A DNA stretch of 64,000 bases from an uncultured Chitinophagaceae bacterium (GCA_964537475.1 CAZIBY010000007.1:2837-66836); one strand, 5' to 3'; counted from the stretch's first letter, positions 1 through 11,306 are shown. Made by a program: numbers and translations. The notes: generated by a model from the letters alone, not told the origin.

Positions 1-1
1 C

Positions 2-1855
2 AATGCCGGCTCTCCGGGCAATTCTCCTACGGCTAGCAACCTGGCCGCGGGCACCTATCAGGTCACCCTGACAGATGCTAATGGCTGCCAGCTTGATACA
101 TTTGCCTCAGTAGCGCAGCCTGCTTCTGCGGTTACTTTCGCCACACCTGTATATGTCAAGAATGTATCTTGCAACGGCGGCAGTGATGGCGAGATCAGGT
201 ATACGGTCAGTGGCGGTACGGGCACATATAATTATATCTGGTCCGGCAGTGCAGCAGGGTCGGGTAATGATGCTACCAATCTCGGCGCCGGCAGCTATGA
301 TGTGACCATTTCGGATGCCAATGGCTGCTCTGTGACCAATACACAAGTGGTGACAGAGCCTACTGCCGTGACGATCACCGCCCAATCTCAGACAAATGTG
401 ACCTGTAGTGGTAATAGCGATGGTACCGCTACGCTCACGGCTACCGGAGGTACACCAGGCGGTGTATATACCTACAGCTGGACTCCATCAGTCAGTTCTG
501 GCAATACGGCTACCGGCCTCGCAGCGGGCAGCTATACTGTGGTAGTCAGTGATAATAACTCCTGCACCGTGCAGGCCACATTCAATATCACGGCGCCACC
601 TGCTATCACAGCACAGCTATCATCAGTCAATGAACTCTGTAATGGTGGCAATAATGGATCCATAACTGTGACTGCCGGAGGCGGTACACCGGCATCTACA
701 GGATATGTCTATACCTGGACTCCAAACGTGAGTACGACCAATACCGCCACAGGTCTTAGCGCCGGCAGCTATACTGTGGTAGTGGCAGATTCGCTGGGTT
801 GTAGCGTATCCCGCTCGGCTACGATCACCGAGCCTGCGGCGCTCACGCTGACTGCTGCATCTGTGATCAGCGTATCGTGCAGCCGCGATAGTAATGGCCA
901 GATCACATTCGCAGCCTCAGGTGGTACGCCGGGATATCAGTATGCTATATCTCCTGATGGAGTGACTTTCTCTGCTCCAAATGGTACCGGTGTATTCACC
1001 GATCTCAAAATAGGTACCTACACAGGTCAGGTCACGGATGCTAACGGCTGCACAAGCACAGCCACGGCCACCATTACCGCACCGGATTCGGTGACGGTCA
1101 ATATCGCCATAGCTCCGGTGAAATGCTATGGAGAAAGCAACGGCGCGCTCACTGTCACCTCTACCGGAGGCACACCTTCGTATACGTATGACTTTAGCGG
1201 AGGTATATCCAATACTACCGGCGTGGATCAAAATCTCGTGGCCGGTACGTATGGAGTGACTGTGACAGACAGCAGGGGCTGTGCGCAGACCTACCAGGTC
1301 GTGGTGCCTCAGCCGGACTCACTACAGATCACTATCACGCCGGAGCATCCTACCATAGACCTGGGAGAGACCACAGTGATACAAGCCAGCTCCAACTCGC
1401 CATATGAGGTCATGTACAATTGGAGCCCGGCTGATGGCCTGAGCAATACCACGGGCAGCAATGTATCTGTGACTACCAATAATACCATGACATATACCGT
1501 GACAGCCTACATAGATCCGTATGGTGAGCATTGCACAGTAGTGACACAGGTACAGGTCACCGTAGTACCAGCCTACAATGTATTTATGCCAAATGCCTTC
1601 ACGCCTAATGATGATGGTATCAATGATGTTTTTGAGATATATGGCAATAAGAAAACATTCAAATTTGTAGAGGTCTCAATTTTCAATAGATGGGGTGAAA
1701 GAGTCTTCTTCTCAAATGATGTAAACTTCCAATGGGATGGTACCTACAAAGGCACTAAGCTGGAGCCTGGTACTTTTGTATATGATATCTCTGTAGTGTT
1801 TATAGACAATCATGCACAGCCAAACTACAAAGGTTCTCTGCTACTCCTGCGATGA
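2..1855 (+). CDS. SprB-repeat surface protein with T9SS type B (gliding-motility-associated) C-terminal domain; 5' end outside window
   Basis: Frame is open from base 2 (NAGSPGNSPTASNLAAGTYQVTLTDANGC) into the 302..1855 ORF. Repeated 'GL.AG.Y.V.V.D.NGC' units; C-terminal PNAFTPNDDGINDVF...IFNRWGE...WDGTYKG motif. Confidence 0.9.
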   Translation, partial: NAGSPGNSPTASNLAAGTYQVTLTDANGCQLDTFASVAQPASAVTFATPVYVKNVSCNGGSDGEIRYTVSGGTGTYNYIWSGSAAGSGNDATNLGAGSYDVTISDANGCSVTNTQVVTEPTAVTITAQSQTNVTCSGNSDGTATLTATGGTPGGVYTYSWTPSVSSGNTATGLAAGSYTVVVSDNNSCTVQATFNITAPPAITAQLSSVNELCNGGNNGSITVTAGGGTPASTGYVYTWTPNVSTTNTATGLSAGSYTVVVADSLGCSVSRSATITEPAALTLTAASVISVSCSRDSNGQITFAASGGTPGYQYAISPDGVTFSAPNGTGVFTDLKIGTYTGQVTDANGCTSTATATITAPDSVTVNIAIAPVKCYGESNGALTVTSTGGTPSYTYDFSGGISNTTGVDQNLVAGTYGVTVTDSRGCAQTYQVVVPQPDSLQITITPEHPTIDLGETTVIQASSNSPYEVMYNWSPADGLSNTTGSNVSVTTNNTMTYTVTAYIDPYGEHCTVVTQVQVTVVPAYNVFMPNAFTPNDDGINDVFEIYGNKKTFKFVEVSIFNRWGERVFFSNDVNFQWDGTYKGTKLEPGTFVYDISVVFIDNHAQPNYKGSLLLLR

Positions 1856-1878
1856 TGGATATCCTGATAATAATACTG

Positions 1879-1907
1879 AGACCCGCTCCCAAGGCGGGTC
1901 TTTTTTT
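1879..1907 (+). terminator. Intrinsic terminator
   Basis: AGACCCGC-7 nt-GCGGGTCT stem followed by a T run, 24 bp after the stop codon. Confidence 0.8.
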
Positions 1908-2196
1908 GTCCTAACGAAAGGGGCCACCCAAAGGGCAGCCCCACGTCAAAATCCAATAAGATGTACTCGGATACGAAACTAATCGGAGCGTAAAGGAGAA
2001 ATAATATCATCCCAGAGCAGATCAGTATGTGCTTGCATTGGTGCGTCATGTTTCCTCCCGCTACCGGATTCCAGGCTGTAGGATGACATACTGCCGGAGG
2101 TGATGAAAAGAATAAGGAACATTATTCTCATAAGACAAATGTACAAGGCTGTACATCCGTACTTTGCCCAAAAAGGGCAAAACCTTACTACTTGGA

Positions 2197-3588
2197 TCAG
2201 CGCATGCGTTGCATCCTGTCTAGTAGCATACCGTATATTGCGTAACTCCCCTTCTGATAGGTATCATAGATTTTCTGACACCTTGGGGATAGTGCTTTCT
2301 CGCCTCTACTATCAAAAAAGACTTTTATCAGCGTATAGTATCCGGGATATGTACTATTGGTGCTGGTGTATCCGTTATTCCTTAGAAACTTGACATGCTT
2401 ACGGCAATTCTCCAGTGCCACGTCCTGCTGTCCGGATAGATAAAAATAGGCCACCTGCAGGTTTCTCAGTTCAAGCTCATACTGAAAGTATGTTGCTTTA
2501 AAGTTCTTTTCAAAACCAAGCTGCAAAAATTCAAAAGCCCGATCATGGTCGCCATTCAGGATGCAAAATTTCACGTATGTGATCACATCGCGCACCAGCA
2601 TTAGCTCTTTGGTTCTGCTGCCATAGTCGGCAAATAGGCGATCAAACACCGCTGCCGCAGCATCCATATGCCCTGTGATCATGGCCAGCTGCAGATATTT
2701 AGTCTGATGGTAAAAGAAGTCAGGGATATCACGCGTGGAGGGAGCGGTCATCAGCCTGTGATAGCGCTCAAATGCACCGTCAAATCTGCTGGTGAAATAC
2801 ATAAATTCATTGATCTTTAGTTCTATGCGAAGGATGTTTCTCTCATTTTCAGGATCGGTTTCACCTGGTATAGATTTCAGCGCATTCTGAGCAAATGCGA
2901 GACCTTCCTCATGCTCATATGCAGCCTGATAAAAGTAAAGCCGAACCTTATAATACTCCAGCCTTGACGTAATGCTGTACGCAGGATCCGGCGTGGAGAG
3001 TGTATCTAAACGCTGCCTTATTTCTTCCTTACGCTCATTAAACTCCAGAGACGCAAAAAGGTGCTCCATATCATAAAGCAGCTGGCGGCAACTGATGAAA
3101 TATGCAGCATCACTTTTTGCCTTGCCGGTATGAAGAGCGATATATTTTTCTGAAAGGTCTTTGAGCGTTTTTTCCTCGCGGTATACCAGCGGCATATTGT
3201 CTTGTATCATATCGAGGATCTTTTTAATGAAGATCATGTTTTGAGTGATATCCCCTGAGGCAGCTTTCTGCTTCAGAAACCGGGGCAACGCCGCATAAAA
3301 CAATTTATTCATAGAGACTCTGCTACACAGATAGTCTAATAGAGCTATTTCATCATCACCAAAAATGGCATGGTAGCATTTTCCCAGCAGTTCCGAAGTT
3401 ATTTTATCGAGGTGGGCTACTGTGATACCGCTAGAGGACAGGATCTTTTGTTTATCTATTTCAGGCAACTCCGTCTGCTTATTGATAAGGTCCCATACTA
3501 CGCCCATAGTGCCTCGGGGCTGGATGGTCGCCAGTTTGGATCGCTCCGGGTCTCTCACATTTTTGAGGAAAACAAATAGCAGATTCAT
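2197..3588 (-). CDS. Hypothetical 463-aa all-helical/TPR-like protein
   Basis: Long ORF downstream of and co-oriented with the response regulator; no recognisable catalytic motif. Confidence 0.7.
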   Translation of the reverse strand: MNLLFVFLKNVRDPERSKLATIQPRGTMGVVWDLINKQTELPEIDKQKILSSSGITVAHLDKITSELLGKCYHAIFGDDEIALLDYLCSRVSMNKLFYAALPRFLKQKAASGDITQNMIFIKKILDMIQDNMPLVYREEKTLKDLSEKYIALHTGKAKSDAAYFISCRQLLYDMEHLFASLEFNERKEEIRQRLDTLSTPDPAYSITSRLEYYKVRLYFYQAAYEHEEGLAFAQNALKSIPGETDPENERNILRIELKINEFMYFTSRFDGAFERYHRLMTAPSTRDIPDFFYHQTKYLQLAMITGHMDAAAAVFDRLFADYGSRTKELMLVRDVITYVKFCILNGDHDRAFEFLQLGFEKNFKATYFQYELELRNLQVAYFYLSGQQDVALENCRKHVKFLRNNGYTSTNSTYPGYYTLIKVFFDSRGEKALSPRCQKIYDTYQKGSYAIYGMLLDRMQRMR

Positions 3589-3660
3589 ATCACATTGATA
3601 AACCGGATGTAACTCAGATAGTTTGCTCTGATCAGGACAATTGATTTTCTGAAGAAGGCA

Positions 3661-4296
3661 TCAGATCACCTTGTTTTCATAAGCCCATTTGATAAGCCCT
3701 ACGATAGTGGTCGTGTTCGTTTTCCGGTAGATGTTTTTGCGGTGGGTCTCTACAGTGCGCTCACTGATGCTCAGCTGCCTGCCTATATCCGCATTAGAGT
3801 ATTCCTTGGCTATCAGGTCTATGATCTCGCGCTCTCTATCGGTCAGGTTCACACGCTCCTCCTCTTGCTTCAGCCGCACTTGCTCATTCATAGACCTGAT
3901 GATCGTGCCTGCTATCTCATCAGAAAAATACTGACCACCACTGTTCACCTTATCCAAAGCATCTATTAATTCTTTATTGCTCGCATTTTTATAAATATAA
4001 CCGGCAGCACCGGCCTCTATCATGCCATTGATGTGGGTAGTATCTCCATGCATGGATAGGGCAATGACACGCGTACGAGGGTATGTACGTGTGATAGTAC
4101 GTGTCAGCTCGATGCCGTCCATATCAGGCATGCTGATATCCGTGAGCACGATATCAGCTGTTTCTTTTTTCAGTATTTCCAGCACCTGTACTCCGTTCTT
4201 CGCTATTCCTATGATGGATATATGGGCATGCCCCTGCAGGATAGACTTCAGGCCATCTATCATGATCTGGTGGTCGTCAGCTATGATCAGTTTCAT
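3661..4296 (-). CDS. NarL/LuxR-family response regulator
   Basis: Receiver domain (IIADDH, TDISMPDMDG) plus LuxR HTH (LTDREREII...ISERTVETHRKNI). Confidence 0.95.
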   Translation of the reverse strand: MKLIIADDHQIMIDGLKSILQGHAHISIIGIAKNGVQVLEILKKETADIVLTDISMPDMDGIELTRTITRTYPRTRVIALSMHGDTTHINGMIEAGAAGYIYKNASNKELIDALDKVNSGGQYFSDEIAGTIIRSMNEQVRLKQEEERVNLTDREREIIDLIAKEYSNADIGRQLSISERTVETHRKNIYRKTNTTTIVGLIKWAYENKVI

Positions 4297-6301
4297 TGTG
4301 TAGTGGTATTTCGACAGTCACGGTAGTACCTTTGCCGGGTGCAGAGTCAAAATTGACAGTGCCGTGGAGGTATTCTACACGTGAGCTGATGTTCTTTATT
4401 CCGATACCGTTTTCGTCATTCAGGACCTTGGCCACATCAAAACCGCGTCCATTGTCCTCTACCATCAGGACCAGTTCATACTCGTGCCGTAGCAGTTGTA
4501 TAGTGATGTGATTAGCTCCGGAGTGCCGGATAGTATTATTGATGATCTCCTGAAATACCCTGTACATCACAGCCTCGGCTGTAGTATCGAGCCGATGGTT
4601 CATGCCGACTATGTCCAGGTCTATTTTCAGGTTAGAGGTATTCATTTTATTGACAAAATCCCGCACTGCTGATACCAGGCCGGATTTGATCAGCACATTA
4701 GGCATCATGCTGTGAGAGATGCTCCGTACCTCACGTACAGATTCATCCAGCAGGGTCATAGCGCTGTGCAATACATCATGGCCCCGCATGTCTGAGGCTG
4801 TCATAGAAGCCTCCAGGCCGGAGAGGTTCAGCTTGGTAGCCGATAGCAGCTGACCCACACCATCATGCAGGTCACGGCCTATGCGCTGTCGCTCCGCCTC
4901 CTCCGCCTCCAGTACGGCACGCGCACGTATCTGCTGCTGCCGTAATATCTCATCCTGTAGGAGCGCCTTTTGCCGCAGCTTGTATCTATTGTAGCCCAGC
5001 CAAACGATGATCCCCGAGAGCAGAAATACAATGCTCATTACTATTAGTATGATATTGCGCCGGTTCAGTTCCAGCTGTTGTATCCGTAGCTGCTGTTCTT
5101 TTTTCTCCGTATCATATTTTGTCTGCATCTCAGCTATCTGCCTGGAGCTTTCGGCGTTGAATACGGAATCTTTCACAGTTATTGACTCCTCTATATAGCG
5201 CGTAGCTTTAGCCATATCACCATTATGCTTGTACACCTGATACAGCGACATACAGGCCAGGTACAGCACTGGTTTTTGATCAAGGCTTTTGGCGGTCTCA
5301 TATGCGGTGAGCAGATATGGCTCGGCCTTGTCATACTGGCCATGCACCTCATAGATGTTGCCTACATTTTGAGAGTACATGCCTATAGCAGCTTTATTAT
5401 GCACTTCGGTGGCGAGTGACAGGGCTTCTTCAAAATAGGAGAGTGCCCGCGCGGAATCTCCCGTACGCTCATAGATAGAGCCGATATTGCTCAGTGCAGA
5501 TGCACGGGAAAATTTATCACCTATCCTGCCTGATAGAGACACTACACTATCCAGCAGCAGACGTGCACTGTCATAATCTTTTAGCCCCATATAAGCTCCA
5601 GATAGCGTGTTGTAGTTTGTGATAAGTCCGTGGGGATTAGGCAAGCGATAGTTGATGGCCAATGCTTTTTGAGCATAGTCTATGGCCTTGTGATAGTTCT
5701 TTTGATTGCTATGAATGACCGCAATGTTATTATACGTCAGAGCAATGTTGAGCTGGTTGTTATTCTTCTCCTGTATGCGCAGGCATTCCAGCTGATACTG
5801 CAGTGCTTTGTCCAGGTCTCCTTTTTTCTGATACAGGGCGCCCAGATTTCCGAGATTGGCTCCTATGCCTTTTTCGTCATTCAGTTTTCTGCGCAGCTCC
5901 AATGCATGAAGATGATCTTTCTCACAGGTAGCAAAATCCCCTAGCCTGTATTTGACTACGCCGGCATCAGAATAAGCCGTGGCGATATACCGGTCATCTC
6001 CTGACCTTTCGGCATAGCTAATGCCCAGCGTGGCTATGGAATCCGCCAGCGCCGGCTCTCGCACCTGTATATCCCAGACTGCGTCAGATAGCAGGTGCGC
6101 GCGTGCTGTATCAGACCTCGCCTGATCCAAGCTCGCGTGCAGCCTTGCTAGCCGCTCCTCAGACTGGGAGCGCACTGAAGTGGTCAGCAGGCTAAACAGG
6201 AGCAGCACTATGCAGTGGTTATAACGCATACTCTTTTTAACATTAGACAAGATAATCGGCATCTTCATAAAAACCAATAAATATCTTTCACTTGCAGGCA
6301 T
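4277..6301 (-). CDS. TPR-repeat sensor histidine kinase (HisKA_3 type); start probably at 6229
   Basis: TPR repeats, one TM segment, H-box ERQRIGRDLHDGVGQ, N-box EIINNTIRH, DNGRGF and GIGIKNI boxes; overlaps the regulator gene. Confidence 0.93.
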   Translation of the reverse strand: MPASERYLLVFMKMPIILSNVKKSMRYNHCIVLLLFSLLTTSVRSQSEERLARLHASLDQARSDTARAHLLSDAVWDIQVREPALADSIATLGISYAERSGDDRYIATAYSDAGVVKYRLGDFATCEKDHLHALELRRKLNDEKGIGANLGNLGALYQKKGDLDKALQYQLECLRIQEKNNNQLNIALTYNNIAVIHSNQKNYHKAIDYAQKALAINYRLPNPHGLITNYNTLSGAYMGLKDYDSARLLLDSVVSLSGRIGDKFSRASALSNIGSIYERTGDSARALSYFEEALSLATEVHNKAAIGMYSQNVGNIYEVHGQYDKAEPYLLTAYETAKSLDQKPVLYLACMSLYQVYKHNGDMAKATRYIEESITVKDSVFNAESSRQIAEMQTKYDTEKKEQQLRIQQLELNRRNIILIVMSIVFLLSGIIVWLGYNRYKLRQKALLQDEILRQQQIRARAVLEAEEAERQRIGRDLHDGVGQLLSATKLNLSGLEASMTASDMRGHDVLHSAMTLLDESVREVRSISHSMMPNVLIKSGLVSAVRDFVNKMNTSNLKIDLDIVGMNHRLDTTAEAVMYRVFQEIINNTIRHSGANHITIQLLRHEYELVLMVEDNGRGFDVAKVLNDENGIGIKNISSRVEYLHGTVNFDSAPGKGTTVTVEIPLHNETDHS

Positions 6302-6314
6302 ATTCTATAGCACG

Positions 6315-6345
6315 AAAAAGCCTTCTCGTAGGGAGAGAAGGCTTT
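6315..6345 (-). terminator. Intrinsic terminator of the collagen-like gene
   Basis: AAAGCCTTCTC / GAGAAGGCTTT inverted repeat with a T run on the minus strand, 20 bp past the stop at 6366. Confidence 0.7.
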
Positions 6346-6365
6346 AAAAGATGAGTGCGCAATTG

Positions 6366-9300
6366 TTATTTAGGCATCACAAAGGAGACGCTCTCCGGAT
6401 TGTAGTTGTCATCCAGTACCTTGGCATTGTATGAAACCGGGAAGGCTGCTGCAGATGCGCCACCTGCGCCTTGTATACCTATAGTAGCGCCTTGACCACA
6501 AGCGTTAGGGTCGTTAACGTAATAACGCACATTAACCAGATTGGAAGTCTCATGTATTTGTACCTGGAAGGTAACAGGATAACCCAAACCTTGTATCTGT
6601 GTTTCAAAGTCAGCCAGGAATACACGATTAGGGAAGGTGCCCAGAGTAGTGTACCTGATGCCATTGCCGGTAGCCGTGAGGTCATCCCAATAAGCGCAGA
6701 TAGTAGGATTAGTAAAGGAAGATGAAGGCAATTGTGAGTTCACCCATTGATTGGCTCCTGCTGCGCCAAACTGGAGGAAGCCATTGCTGCAGATATCAAT
6801 GGTAGAATAGGATACGCCTTTGATAGTCACAGAAAATCCCAGTGGTACATTGACAGTGCCGTCATCAGTTCCTGCCGTGATAGCAGTGATCCATCCTGAT
6901 ATATCATCACGACTGAAAGCGATATTGGCAGATCCTATGAAGTCTACAGGGCCTGTCGCTCCTGTAGCTCCTGTAGCGCCGGTCGCTCCTGTGGCGCCGG
7001 TCACACCTGTGGCACCTGTGGGACCGGTAATGCCCTGAGCACCTGTAGGACCTACCACACCCTGGATACCTTGTGCACCCGTAGCGCCAGTACTGCCCGT
7101 AGCGCCGGTAGCACCTGTGATACCTGTAGGACCGGTAATACCTGTAGCGCCGGTAGCGCCAGTAGCTCCTACGTTACCATCCATGCCCGATGGCCCCTGT
7201 GGTCCAGTAGGACCTGCTATGCCATCAGCACCCGTAGCACCGGTAGCGCCTGTGTTGCCATCTGTGCCGTTATTACCTGTCGCACCTTGCGGACCAGTAG
7301 GACCTGCGATACCATCAGCGCCAGTTGGGCCTGTCGCACCTGTGTTGCCATCTGAGCCGTTATTGCCTGTGGCACCCTGTGGACCGGTAGGCCCTGCTAT
7401 GCCGTCAGCACCGGTGAAGCCTGTAGCACCTGTAGCTCCTGTATTGCCATCCGTTCCGTTATTGCCTGTGGCACCCTGAGGGCCTGTCGGACCTGCTACG
7501 CCGTCAGCACCTGTAGGGCCGATAAGTCCATCTGCACCGGTGGGACCTACATCACCGGTAGGTCCTGTAGGGCCACCGGCGGGACCAGTGGCTCCATCTG
7601 CACCGGTAGGACCCTGCGCACCTGTAGGCCCTGTAGCACCATCGGCACCGGTAGTACCCGTAGGTCCATCCGCACCCGTTGGACCCATGTCACCTGTAGG
7701 ACCAGTAGGCCCGCCTCCCGGACCTGTGGCTCCATCTGCACCAGTAGAACCCTGCGGGCCAGTAGGGCCTGCGATACCATCTGGACCTGTAGGACCGGTA
7801 GCACCGGTTACGCCGGTATTGCCATTTGTACCGTTATTACCTGTCACACCTTGAGGGCCTGTAGGGCCAGCTATGCCATCAGCACCTGTAGGGCCGGTAG
7901 CACCGGTAGCGCCTGTGTTACCATTTGTACCGTTATTGCCGGTCACACCTTGCGGGCCTGTAGGACCTGCGATACCATCAGCACCTGTAGGACCGGTAGC
8001 ACCGGTTACGCCGGTATTGCCATTTGTTCCGTTATTACCGGCCACACCTTGCGGGCCTGTAGGACCAGCTATGCCATCAGCACCTGTAGGGCCGGTAACA
8101 CCGGTAGCGCCCGTATTACCATTTGTTCCGTTATTGCCAGTCACACCTTGCGGGCCTGTAGGACCTGCAATACCATCAGCACCTGTAGGGCCGGTAGCAC
8201 CGATTGCGCCAGTATTACCATTTGTACCGTTATTGCCGGTTACACCTTGCGGGCCTGTAGGACCTGCGATACCGTCAGCACCTGTAGGGCCGGTAGCACC
8301 GGTAGCGCCTGTGTTACCATTTGTACCGTTATTACCTGTTGCACCTTGCGGGCCGGTAGGACCAGCTATGCCATCAGCACCGGTTGGGCCTGTGGCACCG
8401 GTTGCTCCTGTGTTACCATTTGTTCCGTTATTGCCCGTCACACCTTGCGGGCCTGTAGGACCTGCTATGCCATCGGCACCAGTAGGGCCGGTAGCACCGG
8501 TAGCGCCCGTATTGCCATTTGTACCGTTATTACCGGTCACACCTTGAGGGCCTGTAGGACCTGCGATACCATCTGAGCCAGTTGGGCCTGTGGCGCCCGT
8601 TACACCCGTAGTACCATTTGTACCGTTATTACCGGTCACACCTTGTGGACCTGTAGGGCCTGCGATACCATCTGGACCTGTAGGACCGGTAGCACCGGTT
8701 ACGCCGGTATTGCCATTTGTACCGTTATTACCTGTCACACCTTGAGGGCCTGTAGGGCCAGCTATGCCATCAGCACCTGTAGGGCCGGTAGCACCGGTAG
8801 CGCCTGTGTTACCATTTGTACCGTTATTGCCGGTCACACCTTGCGGGCCTGTAGGACCTGCGATACCATCAGCACCTGTAGGACCGGTAGCACCGGTTAC
8901 GCCGGTATTGCCATTTGTTCCGTTATTGCCGGTCACACCTTGCGGGCCTGTAGGACCTGCGATACCATCAGCACCGGTAGCGCCTGTGGCACCGGTAGCG
9001 CCAGTATTACCATTTGTACCGTTATTGCCCGTCACACCTTGCGGGCCTGTAGGCCCTGCTATACCATCAGCACCCGTTGGGCCGGTAGCACCGATTGCGC
9101 CAGTATTACCATTTGTACCGTTATTGCCGGCTACACCTTGCGGGCCTGTAGGACCTGCGATACCATCAGCACCTGTAGGGCCAGTAGCACCGGTAGCGCC
9201 CGTATTACCATTGGAACCGTTATTGCCAGCGACACCTTGTGGGCCTGTAGGGCCTGCGATACCATCTGGACCTGTAGGGCCAGTAGCGCCATTGGCACCT

Positions 9301-10355
9301 ACCGGACCCGTAGCGCCTGCTGCTCCGTCTACACCAGATGGACCAGTCGGACCAGTAGCTCCGCCACCAGATCCTGTCGGTCCTGTCGCACCTGTAGCGC
9401 CGTCAACGCCAGTAGCTCCGGCAGATCCCGTAGGACCCGTCAAACCATTAGCTCCGGTAGGTCCTGTCGCACCCGTAGAGCCATTACTACCATTTGTACC
9501 TGCAGCGCCTGTAGGCCCCACCGGACCTATGGCTCCGTTCACACCTGCTGCACCTGTGGCACCGGTAGCGCCGGTTGATCCTGTAGCACCATTTGCTCCA
9601 TTACTACCCGCAGCTCCTGTGGGTCCCGTAGCACCATTTGTCCCATTTGTACCGGCCGCACCTGTGGGTCCGGTAGCGCCGTTCGTGCCATTACTGCCCG
9701 CGGCACCCGTAGGTCCCGTGGCACCATTGTTACCGTTTGTTCCATTCGCTCCTGCTGCGCCCGTAGGTCCTGTTGCTCCTGTTGCACCATTTACGCCATT
9801 GGTGCCCGCAGCGCCGGTAGGGCCTGTCGCTCCTGTCGCACCATTCGTGCCATTGACTCCGGCTGTACCTGTAGCACCCGTGCTTCCCTGAGGCCCAGTA
9901 GGTCCTATACCTCCTGCCGGACCGGTAGCGCCTGTAGGTCCAGGGGCACCGTTAGCGGCATATAGGGCATATGGTACGCTCAACAGCTGGCTGGTACCAT
10001 TGATAGTATAAGATGAGCCTCCGGCAGGATCTACCTCTACCTGTAGGAATTTCTCTCCGCCACCCCAGGTGATACTCGTAAAGGAGCCACTGGTCACGGT
10101 ACCCGATCCTATAGCATAGGTGAAGAGACCAAACTGATTGGTCGTAAGGCCGCTTTTGACCTCCTGATACTCTATAGTGCCAGTAGGCGACGCATCATGG
10201 ATGGTAAAACGGGCGCTGATGCTCTGATTTGCCAGTATCGCGCCAGATGCATTGCGGGCTACAGCCTGATAGTTGATCAGCTGCGGTACCTGCGCTGCAG
10301 CTGCTACAGAGAGCAGGCACAGCAGAGCAATAGCCAGGAGTTGATTTTTTTTCAT
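6366..10355 (-). CDS. Secreted collagen-like (Gly-X-Y) protein, 1329 aa
   Basis: Signal peptide; N-terminal [14 protein letters not shown]...[11 protein letters not shown] domain; about 1000 aa of GPT/GAT/GxN triplets; non-collagen C-terminal globular domain. Confidence 0.93.
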   Translation of the reverse strand: MKKNQLLAIALLCLLSVAAAAQVPQLINYQAVARNASGAILANQSISARFTIHDASPTGTIEYQEVKSGLTTNQFGLFTYAIGSGTVTSGSFTSITWGGGEKFLQVEVDPAGGSSYTINGTSQLLSVPYALYAANGAPGPTGATGPAGGIGPTGPQGSTGATGTAGVNGTNGATGATGPTGAAGTNGVNGATGATGPTGAAGANGTNGNNGATGPTGAAGSNGTNGATGPTGAAGTNGTNGATGPTGAAGSNGANGATGSTGATGATGAAGVNGAIGPVGPTGAAGTNGSNGSTGATGPTGANGLTGPTGSAGATGVDGATGATGPTGSGGGATGPTGPSGVDGAAGATGPVGANGATGPTGPDGIAGPTGPQGVAGNNGSNGNTGATGATGPTGADGIAGPTGPQGVAGNNGTNGNTGAIGATGPTGADGIAGPTGPQGVTGNNGTNGNTGATGATGATGADGIAGPTGPQGVTGNNGTNGNTGVTGATGPTGADGIAGPTGPQGVTGNNGTNGNTGATGATGPTGADGIAGPTGPQGVTGNNGTNGNTGVTGATGPTGPDGIAGPTGPQGVTGNNGTNGTTGVTGATGPTGSDGIAGPTGPQGVTGNNGTNGNTGATGATGPTGADGIAGPTGPQGVTGNNGTNGNTGATGATGPTGADGIAGPTGPQGATGNNGTNGNTGATGATGPTGADGIAGPTGPQGVTGNNGTNGNTGAIGATGPTGADGIAGPTGPQGVTGNNGTNGNTGATGVTGPTGADGIAGPTGPQGVAGNNGTNGNTGVTGATGPTGADGIAGPTGPQGVTGNNGTNGNTGATGATGPTGADGIAGPTGPQGVTGNNGTNGNTGVTGATGPTGPDGIAGPTGPQGSTGADGATGPGGGPTGPTGDMGPTGADGPTGTTGADGATGPTGAQGPTGADGATGPAGGPTGPTGDVGPTGADGLIGPTGADGVAGPTGPQGATGNNGTDGNTGATGATGFTGADGIAGPTGPQGATGNNGSDGNTGATGPTGADGIAGPTGPQGATGNNGTDGNTGATGATGADGIAGPTGPQGPSGMDGNVGATGATGATGITGPTGITGATGATGSTGATGAQGIQGVVGPTGAQGITGPTGATGVTGATGATGATGATGATGPVDFIGSANIAFSRDDISGWITAITAGTDDGTVNVPLGFSVTIKGVSYSTIDICSNGFLQFGAAGANQWVNSQLPSSSFTNPTICAYWDDLTATGNGIRYTTLGTFPNRVFLADFETQIQGLGYPVTFQVQIHETSNLVNVRYYVNDPNACGQGATIGIQGAGGASAAAFPVSYNAKVLDDNYNPESVSFVMPK
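7780..9262 (-). repeat. Intragenic tandem repeat, 99-bp (33-aa) unit, about 15 copies
   Basis: Unit [33 protein letters not shown]; the DNA marker gcgggcc occurs at 7952 and 8051, 99 bp apart. Confidence 0.9.
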
Positions 10356-10379
10356 AATGAGATATTGGTTGGGGGATTA

Positions 10380-10922
10380 TTAGTGTATGATCAAAAATTG
10401 TTTGCTTAATACCCTGGGAGCTGCTGCGCCCACGCTAAAGCTAATGGATAAAACGTATTGGCCTGCTGCAAAAGAACTGCAGTCAAAGGAGTGGATCACT
10501 TTGCCTGAAGCATATGCCTCGGTGAGGCCATAGTCTATTCTTTGCCCGAGGACATCATGCAGCTCTACAGTTACCTTGCCCTGATCAGAAAATTCATATC
10601 CATACCATAGCTTGTCTGTAGCAGGTATGGGATAAACGCTGAACGAACCGTCAGCCTCTCTATCCATATCCAGCAATCCACTAATAATCTCTGAGGGCTG
10701 CTGGAAGCCTTGAGTGATGATCTGGCCACCACCGGAGAGAGTTGGCGTGATGGGTTCACCTACGGTATAGGAGATGCTGCCTGCCGAAGAGGATGCGTAA
10801 GCGCCGCCGCTGGCTACCACCTGAGGGGCCAGCGCCTGAGCCATGAGCCATGAGCTATATAGCCATATGGCCAGAAGCAAAGAGATTTTTTTCACCGGGT
10901 TAAGGTTTGAGTTTCTTTCCAA
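10380..10922 (-). CDS. Small T9SS type A sorting-domain protein (GTG start at 10895 likely)
   Basis: Signal peptide; QVVASGG...SISYTVGE...TQGFQQP motif; VYPIPA...G.Y.L C-terminal sorting domain. Confidence 0.85.
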   Translation of the reverse strand: MERNSNLNPVKKISLLLAIWLYSSWLMAQALAPQVVASGGAYASSSAGSISYTVGEPITPTLSGGGQIITQGFQQPSEIISGLLDMDREADGSFSVYPIPATDKLWYGYEFSDQGKVTVELHDVLGQRIDYGLTEAYASGKVIHSFDCSSFAAGQYVLSISFSVGAAAPRVLSKQFLIIH

Positions 10923-11149
10923 TTTTCTTCATGCTTTCAGAAGCACAGGAAACATTAGGTCAATTTACTATACGGCGAAAAATAAATAATGATACATAAT
11001 ATGTGTTGTAGCGACTGAAAGATAAAGTAACGGGGCGAGGATTGTCACACGTCTTTGGGTTTAAATCTTGCATTACGCCGGGTTTGGGGCCTTATAAAGT
11101 GAAGGGAATATTTTCGATCAAAAAAATTTAGCTGCTGTCCGGATTTTTC

Positions 11150-11157
11150 TATATTTG
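11150..11157 (+). promoter_or_regulatory. Bacteroidota -7 promoter element for the tRNA pair
   Basis: TATATTTG matches the TAnnTTTG consensus, about 40 bp upstream of tRNA-Ser. Confidence 0.6.
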
Positions 11158-11199
11158 CGTCCCCGTCTGAAAGGAAGGGACGGTCTAGGCTACCATAAT

Positions 11200-11288
11200 G
11201 GTGAGATGGGTGAGAGGCTGAAACCACCAGTTTGCTAAACTGACGTACGGGTTAAACTGTACCGAGGGTTCGAATCCCTCTCTCACCG
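11200..11288 (+). tRNA. tRNA-Ser(GCT)
   Basis: Acceptor stem GGTGAGA/TCTCACC, anticodon loop TTGCTAA, long variable arm, GGTTCGAATCC T-loop. Confidence 0.95.
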
Positions 11289-11306
11289 CGCAGAGACAAA
11301 TAAGTT

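Noticed and set aside
1825-2393. ORFs 1825..2049 (-) and 2100..2393 (+)
   Set aside because: They overlap a terminator or real genes on the opposite strand and have no recognisable motif.
7780-9262. Regular repeats as a possible CRISPR array
   Set aside because: In-frame 99-bp coding units with no unique spacers and no cas genes; no CRISPR array seen anywhere in the window.
6471-9891. Long Pro/Val-rich and Cys/Thr-rich plus-strand ORFs (e.g. 8764..9891, 8643..9578, 7851..8576)
   Set aside because: Antisense shadows of the Gly-X-Y repeat gene.
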